DNA of 54,043 nt. It comes from a virus. Its lineage: Duplodnaviria > Caudoviricetes. The translations under genes and the position numbers were made by a program. Positions 46,697 to 54,043 of this stretch are shown one piece after another. The first letter of the stretch is position 1; every line of letters begins with the position of its first letter. Location: the IMG/VR virus record IMGVR_UViG_3300046836_000171, positions 1-54,043 of that record; one strand, written 5' to 3'. Below the pieces are notes generated by a model. The model was not told the origin of the DNA. It saw only the letters and a program-made list of their open reading frames with translations, and ran no database searches.

Positions 46697-46837
46697 TTAG
46701 TCTCCTTCTTCAAGTTCGTCTTCCGGCTCATCATCGCCGTCGAGGCGGTTGCCGTCTTCGTCGCGGGGCGCTTCGTCCGCCTCGCGCATTAGGCGCTCAC
46801 GCCAATCGGCGTTCCGGTTGGGCCAGCGGGGAGTCAT
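46697..46837 (-). CDS. 46-aa highly acidic protein
   Basis: MTPRWPNRNADWRERLMREADEAPRDEDGNRLDGDDEPEDELEEGD; AAGGAG RBS; ATGA overlap; absent from the ORF track. Confidence 0.7.
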   Translation of the reverse strand: MTPRWPNRNADWRERLMREADEAPRDEDGNRLDGDDEPEDELEEGD

Positions 46838-47064
46838 CGGTCGGCTCCTTCATTCAGCTCGCGCAGCCCGCGGCCGATCAACTCCACGATCTTGCCGTGG
46901 CGCGTCTCGCCGGGCTGGGCGTCTATCGCCGCCGCCATGTCGGGCTCCAGCCGCAGCGCGATCTGAACCCGCTTCACGGCCCGCGGCGGGCGTCCCATGC
47001 GCTTCGGTGGGTTGGCCGCGGCGAGCTGGGCGTACAGCTCGGCCGCGTCGGGCTTGGCGGTCAC
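46834..47064 (-). CDS. Ribbon-helix-helix (Arc/BrnA-like) DNA-binding protein
   Basis: GRPP...RVQIALRLEPDM...ID......R...IVELI..GL pattern. Confidence 0.7.
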   Translation of the reverse strand: MTAKPDAAELYAQLAAANPPKRMGRPPRAVKRVQIALRLEPDMAAAIDAQPGETRHGKIVELIGRGLRELNEGADR

Positions 47065-47264
47065 AGGTTGCTCCCTTTTGTCGCGACCTGGAGCCGCGCT
47101 TTGGCGATCATCTGCCGGGCCTTGGCGCCCGACAGATCGAGCGGCGGATGATGGCGGGCAGAGTGAGGATCGCCGCGCTGCACCGCGAGCTCCCGGAGCG
47201 TCTTCGTCCCCTCAAAGCGGACTTGGTAGGTCGCCCCGGTGTCGTCGCTGACGTAGACGATCAT
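47061..47264 (-). CDS. Hypothetical protein
   Basis: GGAGG RBS; coupled on both sides. Confidence 0.6.
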   Translation of the reverse strand: MIVYVSDDTGATYQVRFEGTKTLRELAVQRGDPHSARHHPPLDLSGAKARQMIAKARLQVATKGSNL

Positions 47265-47743
47265 GCGACCGCCCTCCGAGCCTTAGCTCGCGCCTGCCAT
47301 TCGTCCGCCGCCTTCGCCTGGGCGGCGTCGCGCGGCAGATACATGGCCGGATCGAGGAACGCTCCGAGCGCTTCGCGATCCTCATCGTTGAAGTGCGAGT
47401 TGTCGGGCTTCGCCACTCCGCGCGATGCGTGATGCTCTAAGAACTCGCGCGGCCAATCGAACACGTCGGGGTTCTCGCTGGCCAGCTCGACGGCGGCCGA
47501 CAGGTCGGCGCGGCGCGGGCTCTTGATCCGGTTTTTGTAGTGCTGGAGCGCGCCGGTGCAGAGGCTCGCTTTCCCGGTCCCGCCGCACGTCTTGTGGCAG
47601 GCGATCGGGATATCGAGCTGCACCATCGCCACGAACTCGACGGCCGGGAAGCCGCCCAGCCAGCCCGGCGGGTGCTTGCGCCGCCACGGACATTCATCGC
47701 AGGGCTGCGCGCCCGCGGGCTTCATCTGCAAGTCATCGGTCAT
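47261..47743 (-). CDS. Cys-rich protein (DUF6283-like)
   Basis: PC.ECPWRR...F...ACH.T.....LC.G motif; first gene after cassette C. Confidence 0.7.
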   Translation of the reverse strand: MTDDLQMKPAGAQPCDECPWRRKHPPGWLGGFPAVEFVAMVQLDIPIACHKTCGGTGKASLCTGALQHYKNRIKSPRRADLSAAVELASENPDVFDWPREFLEHHASRGVAKPDNSHFNDEDREALGAFLDPAMYLPRDAAQAKAADEWQARAKARRAVA

Positions 47744-47753
47744 CTGTCTCGTC

Positions 47754-47817
47754 TCCTACGTTGTGCGGCTTCCCGGCCGCTGGTTGATGGATATCAGATA
47801 TCAGGGAACGGCGTCAA
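47754..47817 (-). promoter_or_regulatory. Promoter/leader cassette C
   Basis: TTGACG-N17-ATATCC; tandem TGATATC; hairpin GCGGC-CGGGAA-GCCGC; ACGTAGGAG RBS. Confidence 0.8.
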
Positions 47818-48017
47818 GTCAGGGGACTCTCCAAAAGCTGAAGGATCACGAGACAAAGCACCGCGTGCGGGTCCTGGTTGGGGTCTGGATCATCGACCAC
47901 GGAAAGGGCGTCGCGCATGAGTCGCCTGATCTCAGTCACCGTGAACCCGCGTGGCCGAACGCCCATGCTCCGCAGCATCCGTTTGACTTCCTGCATCCCG
48001 TGTCGGTCACGCATCAC
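47814..48017 (-). CDS. Hypothetical protein
   Basis: Short ORF filling the gap; start uncertain. Confidence 0.45.
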   Translation of the reverse strand: MMRDRHGMQEVKRMLRSMGVRPRGFTVTEIRRLMRDALSVVDDPDPNQDPHAVLCLVILQLLESPLT

Positions 48018-48855
48018 AGGTGGCGGCGAGCAAGCCTTCGATCCGCTCGGCGGCCCACGTCGTGTTGCGCCCCAGGTGACGCTGCCATGCGCCTTCCGAG
48101 GGCGCCCAGCGGAAGCCGCTTGCCTTCAGGGCCGCGATGATCGCCGGCGCGGGCTTGCCGGGGAACTTGAGCTGGAGGCGGTTGGCTTCGATGTTCTCGA
48201 CCACCACCAGCCCGCCGGCCCCCTCGCGCTCGATCTTGTCGATCCCCGCCTCGATCAGCGGCGCGCGCTCGGCCTCGATGCGCTCCAGGTGCGCGATCCG
48301 CTTCTTGATCCGGCGCATGTTGGCCGAGCGGTTGGAGAACCGGTAAGCCGGTATCCCGACCAGACGCGGTAGTCTGGGGTAGGGCGGGACCAGAAGCTTC
48401 TCGGCCAAGTCCTCGCTGTAGCCGAGGGCGACGATGGCCGCGACCTGGGCCTCGTGGCCCGCGCTCCAGTTCTTCTTGATCGCCGCGTTGATCGCCAACT
48501 CCTGGGCGTGCTTGGCTTCGTGCTCGGCTAGCTCGGCCTTCAGCTTCGAGACCGCGTCCGGGTCGTCGCTGCTGATCCCGCCCAGGCCGACACCCGCCGC
48601 TCTGGCCTCGACCGCCGCCGCCTCTTTCGAGAGCGCGACGCCTCGACCCATGGCCGCGTGAGCCCGCGCGATGACCGCGCGGTGGCGGCGCTCGCTATGG
48701 TGCCCGACCAAGATCGGCTGACCGAAGGGGATGCCGGTCGCCGCCTCGCTCAGATCGGCGCGCTTGAACGCGCCGGCGGCCTCGCGCTGGAGCCGTTCGG
48801 CCCGCGCCTCAAGGCGCTCGCGGCGCGCCTCCTGCTTGGCTTCGTAATGGTTCAA
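48007..48855 (-). CDS. DUF3560-domain protein
   Basis: N.YE.K.E.RRER, GIPFGQPILVGHHSERRHR, ISSDDPDAV.KL and NRLQL.FPGKP......LK..GFRWAPS..AWQR motifs; TTG start. Confidence 0.85.
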   Translation of the reverse strand: MNHYEAKQEARRERLEARAERLQREAAGAFKRADLSEAATGIPFGQPILVGHHSERRHRAVIARAHAAMGRGVALSKEAAAVEARAAGVGLGGISSDDPDAVSKLKAELAEHEAKHAQELAINAAIKKNWSAGHEAQVAAIVALGYSEDLAEKLLVPPYPRLPRLVGIPAYRFSNRSANMRRIKKRIAHLERIEAERAPLIEAGIDKIEREGAGGLVVVENIEANRLQLKFPGKPAPAIIAALKASGFRWAPSEGAWQRHLGRNTTWAAERIEGLLAATCDA

Positions 48856-49103
48856 TTCCCGTCTCCTTCTGGTAGGGCGTGCAGGCGCTTCAGCGCGCGA
48901 TCGTGGGCGCTGAAGATGCCGTTAAGTTCCAGGGCGCGCAGCCAGCTATGCCCCGTGCGGTCGATCGAGTTGCCCCCGTTCAGGGTCTCTCGCGCCGCCT
49001 CCATGAAGCGCGCCAGCTTGTCGGCGTCGGCCGCCCAGGGGTAGCGCTTCAGCTCTTCCTCGTAGGCCGCGAGGATTCCGGCTTTGGTTCCGTGCTGCGC
49101 CAT
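48852..49103 (-). CDS. Hypothetical protein
   Basis: TGATG coupling; MAQHGTKAGIL... Confidence 0.65.
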   Translation of the reverse strand: MAQHGTKAGILAAYEEELKRYPWAADADKLARFMEAARETLNGGNSIDRTGHSWLRALELNGIFSAHDRALKRLHALPEGDGN

Positions 49104-49423
49104 CAATCCACGTAGCTCCATGCCTTCGAAGGGTTGATGCCGTGAGCGCTGGCGGCGGCCTCGAAAGCCCGCTTCGCCTTGATTTCGATCTGGTCGTGCT
49201 GCGACCGGATGCCTTTGGGCATCCGCTTGGCGACGTAGACCTGATCGGACTTGAAGCCGTAGCCGGCGGCCAGCAGCGCCTTGGCGAACTTGGTGTTCGC
49301 GCGGTAGCCGAGCATGTAGCCGCCGCAGCTCCCGCAGTCCTGCTTGCCGTCCTTCTCCCACTGAGCGAGCGCTGCGGCGTCGTGGGCCGCGATGCACTCG
49401 GCAAGGATCGCTTCGATGTTCAT
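49103..49423 (-). CDS. Hypothetical protein (begins MNIEA)
   Basis: First gene after cassette D; DCGSCGG and Q....K..A..A..A...GI motifs. Confidence 0.75.
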   Translation of the reverse strand: MNIEAILAECIAAHDAAALAQWEKDGKQDCGSCGGYMLGYRANTKFAKALLAAGYGFKSDQVYVAKRMPKGIRSQHDQIEIKAKRAFEAAASAHGINPSKAWSYVD

Positions 49424-49432
49424 CTGAGTGGT

Positions 49433-49497
49433 TCCTACGTGGCGCGGCCTTCCCAAGCCGCAGATAATGGATATCAGGAAATAGGATCGGCCGTCAA
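49433..49497 (-). promoter_or_regulatory. Promoter/leader cassette D
   Basis: TTGACG-N17-ATATCC; hairpin GCGGCT-TGGGAA-GGCCGC; ACGTAGGA RBS. Confidence 0.8.
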
Positions 49498-50004
49498 CCA
49501 CTTTCGCAGCTCGGCGCGCATTTTTCCGATCGGCCCATTGATGGTGGTGGTGCGAGCCGACTCCATGACGTACCCGGCGCGCCGGAACTCGCCCAGGAAG
49601 GCGCGCATCACCGTGAGGTAGAGCGCCCCGCCGCACAGCGCGACGTCATCGAAGGGCTCGGCGTCGAGCGTCGGGGTCAGGGTCATCGAGTGCGCTTCGG
49701 CCGCGGCGTGCATCCCGCCCATGCTGCCCTTGCCGTACTCGGGCCAGCGCTTGCCGATCCCGCCGTCGATCATGCGCTCGGCCAGCTCGGCGGTGAGGCG
49801 GGTGTCGTAGGGCTGCGTCTGAAGCCAGCGCGCTTCATTGAAGCCGTAGCGGGCGGACAGCACCGCTACCCGCGCCAGCTCGCCCTTCGGGTCCACAGCC
49901 TTGAGCGTCAACCAAAGGGGGCCACGATAGCGCTCCAGCGCCGTCATGTAGCCGGGCGCCGGGTCCTTCGTAGCCGAACACGCGAGGATCAGAAGGCGCT
50001 TCAT
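49474..50004 (-). CDS. DUF6884/YaaA-like protein
   Basis: LLILACS.TK....A.E.Y.GP.W, .LSA.YG, PYD.RLT, GG..Y and G.IG..R..L..W motifs. Confidence 0.75.
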   Translation of the reverse strand: MKRLLILACSATKDPAPGYMTALERYRGPLWLTLKAVDPKGELARVAVLSARYGFNEARWLQTQPYDTRLTAELAERMIDGGIGKRWPEYGKGSMGGMHAAAEAHSMTLTPTLDAEPFDDVALCGGALYLTVMRAFLGEFRRAGYVMESARTTTINGPIGKMRAELRKWLTADPIS

Positions 50005-50180
50005 GGGCGCGCCCTGGTCAGGTACTCGACACCGATCCACTCGGCGGCGCGGTTGGGCCAGAAGACATAAGCTCGCGTCCCGCGCTCGCCCAGGTCGCGA
50101 ACCTCATGCACGTCGCCCCGCGGCCCACGCGGATCGTCGCGGTGATAGACCCGTTCGCCGGGCTCCAGCTCTTTCATCAT
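50001..50180 (-). CDS. Small SH3-like hypothetical protein
   Basis: AAAGGA RBS; PGERV.H......G.V...A.V.W.....W....L pattern. Confidence 0.6.
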   Translation of the reverse strand: MMKELEPGERVYHRDDPRGPRGDVHEVRDLGERGTRAYVFWPNRAAEWIGVEYLTRARP

Positions 50181-50749
50181 GCTCCGATCCTTTCCTTGTG
50201 GCGCCGCTCGTAGGCGCGGACTTCCTTCTCGGCCTTCTCCAGCAGGCGCTTGGCGCGCTCCAGCTCGGCCGCCCACTTGTCGCGCCGGGCGACCATCCGG
50301 CGGTAGCGCTGCGCCACCACGTCGGGCTTGGCGGGCGCAGGCGGCGGCGCGACGGGCTCGACCAGCTTCGGCTCATGCCACCCCCGACTGATCGCGAACT
50401 TGGTCAGTCGCGCCTCAAGCCGCATCTGGCGGATCGAGTGCGGCGCGTCCTTCGGGTGAAGCCGGTAGTGGGCGACGTGGCTGATCGCGTGAATGATCCC
50501 GCGGATGCCGCCCTCCCCAGGTAGGTCAGGGTTCACGTAGAAGGTCCCGCGGATCGGCCGGGTGACGCGCCGGCCGCTGGTCAGCTTCCACTCACCTTTC
50601 CAGCCCTTCCCGGTGGCGTGGCGCCACAGCTTGCGGGCCGCCGCGAGGCTGTCCGCTGGGCTCAGCACGGGCCGCCTGCCGCCCCACAGTGTGTTGATGT
50701 TCTGGTCCCAAAGGGCGCGGTCGCGCCGGGTGCGCTGCTGGGCGTTCAT
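50177..50749 (-). CDS. Basic hypothetical protein with a His cluster
   Basis: GGAGG RBS; IIHAISHVAH...PH (zincin-like but lacking the catalytic Glu); C-terminal coiled coil. Confidence 0.7.
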   Translation of the reverse strand: MNAQQRTRRDRALWDQNINTLWGGRRPVLSPADSLAAARKLWRHATGKGWKGEWKLTSGRRVTRPIRGTFYVNPDLPGEGGIRGIIHAISHVAHYRLHPKDAPHSIRQMRLEARLTKFAISRGWHEPKLVEPVAPPPAPAKPDVVAQRYRRMVARRDKWAAELERAKRLLEKAEKEVRAYERRHKERIGA

Positions 50750-51015
50750 CAAGCCTCCAATCCGAGTTGAGCGTTGAGGCGGCCTTTGAACCAAGGGCGG
50801 TCGTCGAGCGCGTCCTGGGTACGCTCGATCCGGGTGACGCCGAAGGCGTAGAACCAGTTCCGGCCGTCGATATCTGCGGCCGCCTCGCTGGCCGGGAACA
50901 CAAAGGGCTCGGCCGCTTCCTTCGTGTCGAACGGCCCCGCCAGCCATGCGACGCGGGTGTTCGCGCCGCCGACTGGTCCGTCGATCATGGTCACGTAGAA
51001 CGCTTCGATGTTCAT
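50749..51015 (-). CDS. Hypothetical protein (begins MNIEA)
   Basis: First gene after cassette E; FYVT..DG...LAGPF.T.E.A...D....F.AFG motif. Confidence 0.75.
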   Translation of the reverse strand: MNIEAFYVTMIDGPVGGANTRVAWLAGPFDTKEAAEPFVFPASEAAADIDGRNWFYAFGVTRIERTQDALDDRPWFKGRLNAQLGLEA

Positions 51016-51026
51016 GTTGGTGGTTC

Positions 51027-51098
51027 TCCTACGTCGCCGGCTTCCCAACCGGCACATTCTGGATATCATGTTAGTTCGATCATTGTCAACATCGAACT
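51027..51098 (-). promoter_or_regulatory. Promoter/leader cassette E with an operator-like palindrome
   Basis: TTGACA-N17-ATATCC; AGTTCGAT-N10-ATCGAACT flanks the -35; hairpin GCCGGT-TGGGAA-GCCGGC; ACGTAGGAG RBS. Confidence 0.8.
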
Positions 51099-51184
51099 TA
51101 GCGGATACCCGAAAAAGTTCGGCCCTTTGCGGCGCCCGCCGGTTGCGCTAGCTTCGCCGCCACCGACCAGCCGGGGGACTCGCG

Positions 51185-51844
51185 ATGCCGCTCGCTCACG
51201 TCAACAATAGCCTCGACCTGGGGCCGCAGCTTAACGGCATCCTGAACAAGCTCATCGACGGGGTGAACGCGGCCGCCAGCGTGATCGGGCTCTCGGGCGC
51301 CGACGTGACGCTTCAGGCCCCGGCCACCGGCGATGCGAACGTCATCGCCGGCGATGGTACGAGCGGCGCGGGCGGCGCGATCGGCATCGATGCGGGGGCC
51401 AGCTCAGCCGCGGGCGGCGGGGCCATCAATATCGAGGCGGGCGGCGGCGCGACCGATGGCGGCAGCATCACCATTTTCGGCGGCGACGGAACCAGTGGCG
51501 CAGGCGGCGGCGTCGATATCGAGGCGGGTGGCGGCGCGACGGGTGGCGGGAACATCATCATCGGCGCGGGCCACGCCAGCTCCGGAAACGTTGCAGGCGG
51601 CAGCGTTACGCTCTTCACCGGGGCCGGCCACGGAACCGCAGAGCAAGGCGGCGACCTCAACCTGCAACTCGGGGCTGGCGCAGGCGGCGGCCGCAACGGC
51701 CAGCTCGTGATCACCGGCTCGACCAATACGCCCGGCGCGGCGACCGGCACCCTCACCAACGCGCCGAAGACCGGCAATCCGCAGCTCTGGCTCGCCGTCA
51801 TGGTCGATGGCGTGCAGTATTATATCCCGGCTTGGCACGTCTGA
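51185..51844 (+). CDS. Gly-rich repetitive fibre-like virion protein
   Basis: Repeats of GG.I.I.AG.G; C-terminal TLTNAP..GNP..W......Y.IPAW. Confidence 0.75.
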   Translation: MPLAHVNNSLDLGPQLNGILNKLIDGVNAAASVIGLSGADVTLQAPATGDANVIAGDGTSGAGGAIGIDAGASSAAGGGAINIEAGGGATDGGSITIFGGDGTSGAGGGVDIEAGGGATGGGNIIIGAGHASSGNVAGGSVTLFTGAGHGTAEQGGDLNLQLGAGAGGGRNGQLVITGSTNTPGAATGTLTNAPKTGNPQLWLAVMVDGVQYYIPAWHV

Positions 51845-51848
51845 GGCG

Positions 51849-52748
51849 ATGCCGGGCCTCTCCGACTACGCCGCCGCGAACCTGCTGAATTGGGAAGCCG
51901 GGGGCGTCGCCTTCCCGGCGCTGCCGGCCGTCTATCTCGGGCTCTTCACCGTCGCGCCCACGAGCGACGCGGGGACCGGCGGGACCGAAGTCTCGGGGAC
52001 CGGCTACGCGCGCCCCCAGGTGGGCGGCTCGCTCGCCACGAACGGAACCACCGCCAGCGGCAACGCCATCCTGCACTTCGCGTCGGTCCCCGCGTGGATC
52101 GTGGCGGGGATGACCGTGCGCGACGCCACCACGCCGGCGGCGATCCCGGCGGCGACGACGGTCCTAAGCACCACCGGGACCACCGTCACCCTCTCGGCCA
52201 ACGCGGCCGGCGGCGGCGTCGGCAACGGCGACATGATCACGTTCAGCGCCTTCGCCGCGGCCGCCGCGTCGGTTGGGTCCGCGCCCTCGATCACGCCCGC
52301 CAGCCTGACCAGCTCGGCGATCGTCACCTTCCCCACGTCGGGCTCGGATTGGGGGACCGTCGTCGCCTTCGGGCTCTTCGATGATCCGACCGCCGGGCAT
52401 CTGCTGAATTGGGACTACCTGGGGACGTTCTCGTGGCTTCCGGCCACGATGAGCGCGGCCAGCCCCGGCGTGATCACCGCGACCGCGCATGGCTTCAGCG
52501 CGGCCGACTCGGTGGTGGTCACGAGCAAGTACGGGGGGACGCTCCCCACCTTCAGCCAATCGAACCTGACTGGCATCCTCGCCGTGGTGTCGCCGGCCAC
52601 CGACACCTTCACCGTCACCAACGCCGCGACGGCGGTGAACACGTCCAGCACCGGGGACTTCAGCGTGCGCAAGCTGCTGAAGCAGGCGATCCCGCTGGGG
52701 ATCGTCGCCAGCTTCCCCGCCGCCTCGCTGATCCTCTACGCGGCATAG
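51849..52748 (+). CDS. Fibre-associated virion protein with inserted beta domains
   Basis: LSDY....LLN, YLGLFT..P.D.G.GGTEVSG.GYAR and FP....WGTV..FGL.D..T.G.LL motifs; ASPGVITATAHGF (FCCH-like) insert. Confidence 0.8.
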   Translation: MPGLSDYAAANLLNWEAGGVAFPALPAVYLGLFTVAPTSDAGTGGTEVSGTGYARPQVGGSLATNGTTASGNAILHFASVPAWIVAGMTVRDATTPAAIPAATTVLSTTGTTVTLSANAAGGGVGNGDMITFSAFAAAAASVGSAPSITPASLTSSAIVTFPTSGSDWGTVVAFGLFDDPTAGHLLNWDYLGTFSWLPATMSAASPGVITATAHGFSAADSVVVTSKYGGTLPTFSQSNLTGILAVVSPATDTFTVTNAATAVNTSSTGDFSVRKLLKQAIPLGIVASFPAASLILYAA

Positions 52749-52757
52749 GCCGCGGCC

Positions 52758-53732
52758 GTGGCCGCTTCGGTCTTCTACAACCGGGCGCAGATGGCGACCG
52801 CTACGACGGGGACGGGCGCGATCACGCTCGGCTCGCCGAGCCCTGCCTACCAGAGCTTCGCCGCGGCCGGCGTCCAGAACGGCGACACGGTGTCGTACCT
52901 GATCCTCGACTCGGGCAACGCCTGGGAAATCGGGAGCGGCGTCTACACGTCGTCGGGGACCAGCCTCGCCCGCACGCTGACCCAATCCTCGACCGGCTCG
53001 CTGCTGAACCTCTCGGGCAACGCGACGGTCTCGATCATCGAGCAAGCCTCAGACCTCGCGAACTCGGTCGGGCTCGGGAAGACCGGCGCCAGCACGCTGA
53101 CCGCGCATGGCGTGCTGGTGGGGGCCGGCGGCTCGCCGATCACGGCGACCGCGGCGGGCTCGGCCGGGCAAGTGCTGACGTCGAACGGGGCGAGCGCCGA
53201 TCCGACGTTCCAGGCGCCCGCGATGGTGCTGCTGGCTACCGCCTCGCCGACCGGGACCGGCGTCGTCACCTTCAGCTCGATCCCTCAGACCTACGCCGAT
53301 CTGATGGTTGTTATCCGGGGCCAAAGCACGGCGGCCGGGGTGAACAGCGCCAACGCGCAGCTCACGTTCAATAACGACACCGCGACCCACTATCAAAACC
53401 AGCTTGTGAGGGGCAACTCTACCTCACCTTCCGGGGCCGCGACGGTGGCCCACAGTTCCATCGACTTCCTGACTCTGGCTTCTGTAGGAACGGCGACTAA
53501 TCCGGGGTCCTACGGCGTCGCCAAAATCTATGGCTATGCCCTTACTGCCATCAACAAATCAGTGGAGTGTCAGGTTGGGTTCTCGGTCGGAAGCACGGCG
53601 GCCGGCATGTTCACTCAACAGTGCTATGGCCTGTGGCTTAGCACCGCTGCGATCAACCGCATCGACGTGACCCTCAGCGCCGGCAACTTCCTGACCGGCT
53701 CCCTGGTCAGCCTCTACGGGATCAACGGCTGA
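52758..53732 (+). CDS. Fibre-like virion protein / putative receptor-binding protein
   Basis: R....T.TTGTG.ITL, WEIG.G.Y..SGT.L.R and G..GQVLTSNG motifs; C-terminal [10 protein letters not shown]...W.STAAI..I....GNF..GS...LYGI domain. Confidence 0.85.
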   Translation: MAASVFYNRAQMATATTGTGAITLGSPSPAYQSFAAAGVQNGDTVSYLILDSGNAWEIGSGVYTSSGTSLARTLTQSSTGSLLNLSGNATVSIIEQASDLANSVGLGKTGASTLTAHGVLVGAGGSPITATAAGSAGQVLTSNGASADPTFQAPAMVLLATASPTGTGVVTFSSIPQTYADLMVVIRGQSTAAGVNSANAQLTFNNDTATHYQNQLVRGNSTSPSGAATVAHSSIDFLTLASVGTATNPGSYGVAKIYGYALTAINKSVECQVGFSVGSTAAGMFTQQCYGLWLSTAAINRIDVTLSAGNFLTGSLVSLYGING

Positions 53733-54043
53733 TGCCGATCGCCGACGCACCGCTAGGGTCGGTCCCGATCGCCGGAACGCCGGGGGCCACCGTGGTGAGC
53801 ATCACCGCGCGATCGGCCGCCGCGTCACAGGGCCGCGCACAAGCCGGGGCGGCGACGCATCTGGCGACGCGCTCCAGATCGGCGGCGCGCTCGACCGGGA
53901 AGATCGGCGGGGCGACGACGCTGGGCGCGCGAGGGCTGGCCGCTGGTCGTGACACCGGGCGGTCAAGAGCGGCCGCGCAGCTCGCCGGCAAAGCGCGGGC
54001 CGCTGCGCACGGGACGGGAGGGCTGGCGGCGGCGGCGCATCTG
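53110..54043. repeat. Terminal redundancy, right copy (diverged allele of 1-934)
   Basis: Gapless alignment to 1-934. Confidence 0.95.
53732..54043 (+). CDS. 5' part of the Ala/Arg-rich protein (allele of 623-1462), truncated by the window edge
   Basis: [18 protein letters not shown] versus MPIAGGPVGSIPIAGTPG. Confidence 0.75.
   Translation, partial: MPIADAPLGSVPIAGTPGATVVSITARSAAASQGRAQAGAATHLATRSRSAARSTGKIGGATTLGARGLAAGRDTGRSRAAAQLAGKARAAAHGTGGLAAAAHL

Noticed and set aside
46834-47264. BrnT/BrnA-type toxin-antitoxin pair
   Set aside because: The RHH protein is BrnA/Arc-like, but the upstream 67-aa ORF shows no BrnT/RelE motifs that I can recognise.
1-54043. Integrated prophage with att sites and host flanks
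   Set aside because: No integrase or host genes; the ends overlap as a circular permutation.

Overview
The window is almost certainly a complete, very GC-rich myovirus (contractile-tail phage) genome with a unit length of about 53,109 bp. Bases 1-934 recur without indels at 53110-54043, but as a diverged allele. The host is probably an alphaproteobacterium (inference from gene content and promoter style). Circular gene order: TerS, peptide deformylase, TerL, a portal carrying a C-terminal zeta-toxin-like kinase extension, an inverted block of small early genes, fibre-like virion genes, MuF/gp7, DUF2213 protease/scaffold, cement, DUF2184 capsid, neck, DUF3383 sheath, tube, chaperone with a -1 frameshift, tape measure, baseplate, fibres, lysis (a DUF2778/Tlde1-type L,D-transpeptidase at the endolysin position, holin, spanins), a leftward RecE/RecT/beta-clamp arm, and a rightward methyltransferase/PAPS-reductase/replication arm. 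I found no integrase, CI repressor, tRNA, CRISPR array or reverse transcriptase. Two candidate systems stand out. (1) A portal-borne toxin/kinase cargo sits behind an A-x-D motif shared by the head proteins (putative prohead-protease release site) and faces two tiny convergent ORFs missing from the ORF track (candidate immunity). (2) Five non-structural transcription units start with the same promoter / GGGAAG hairpin / GTAGG-RBS cassette, and a structured ~97-nt small RNA in the head region displays the complementary CCCCUUCCCCU loop. All family names come from motif recognition and synteny, not from database searches.
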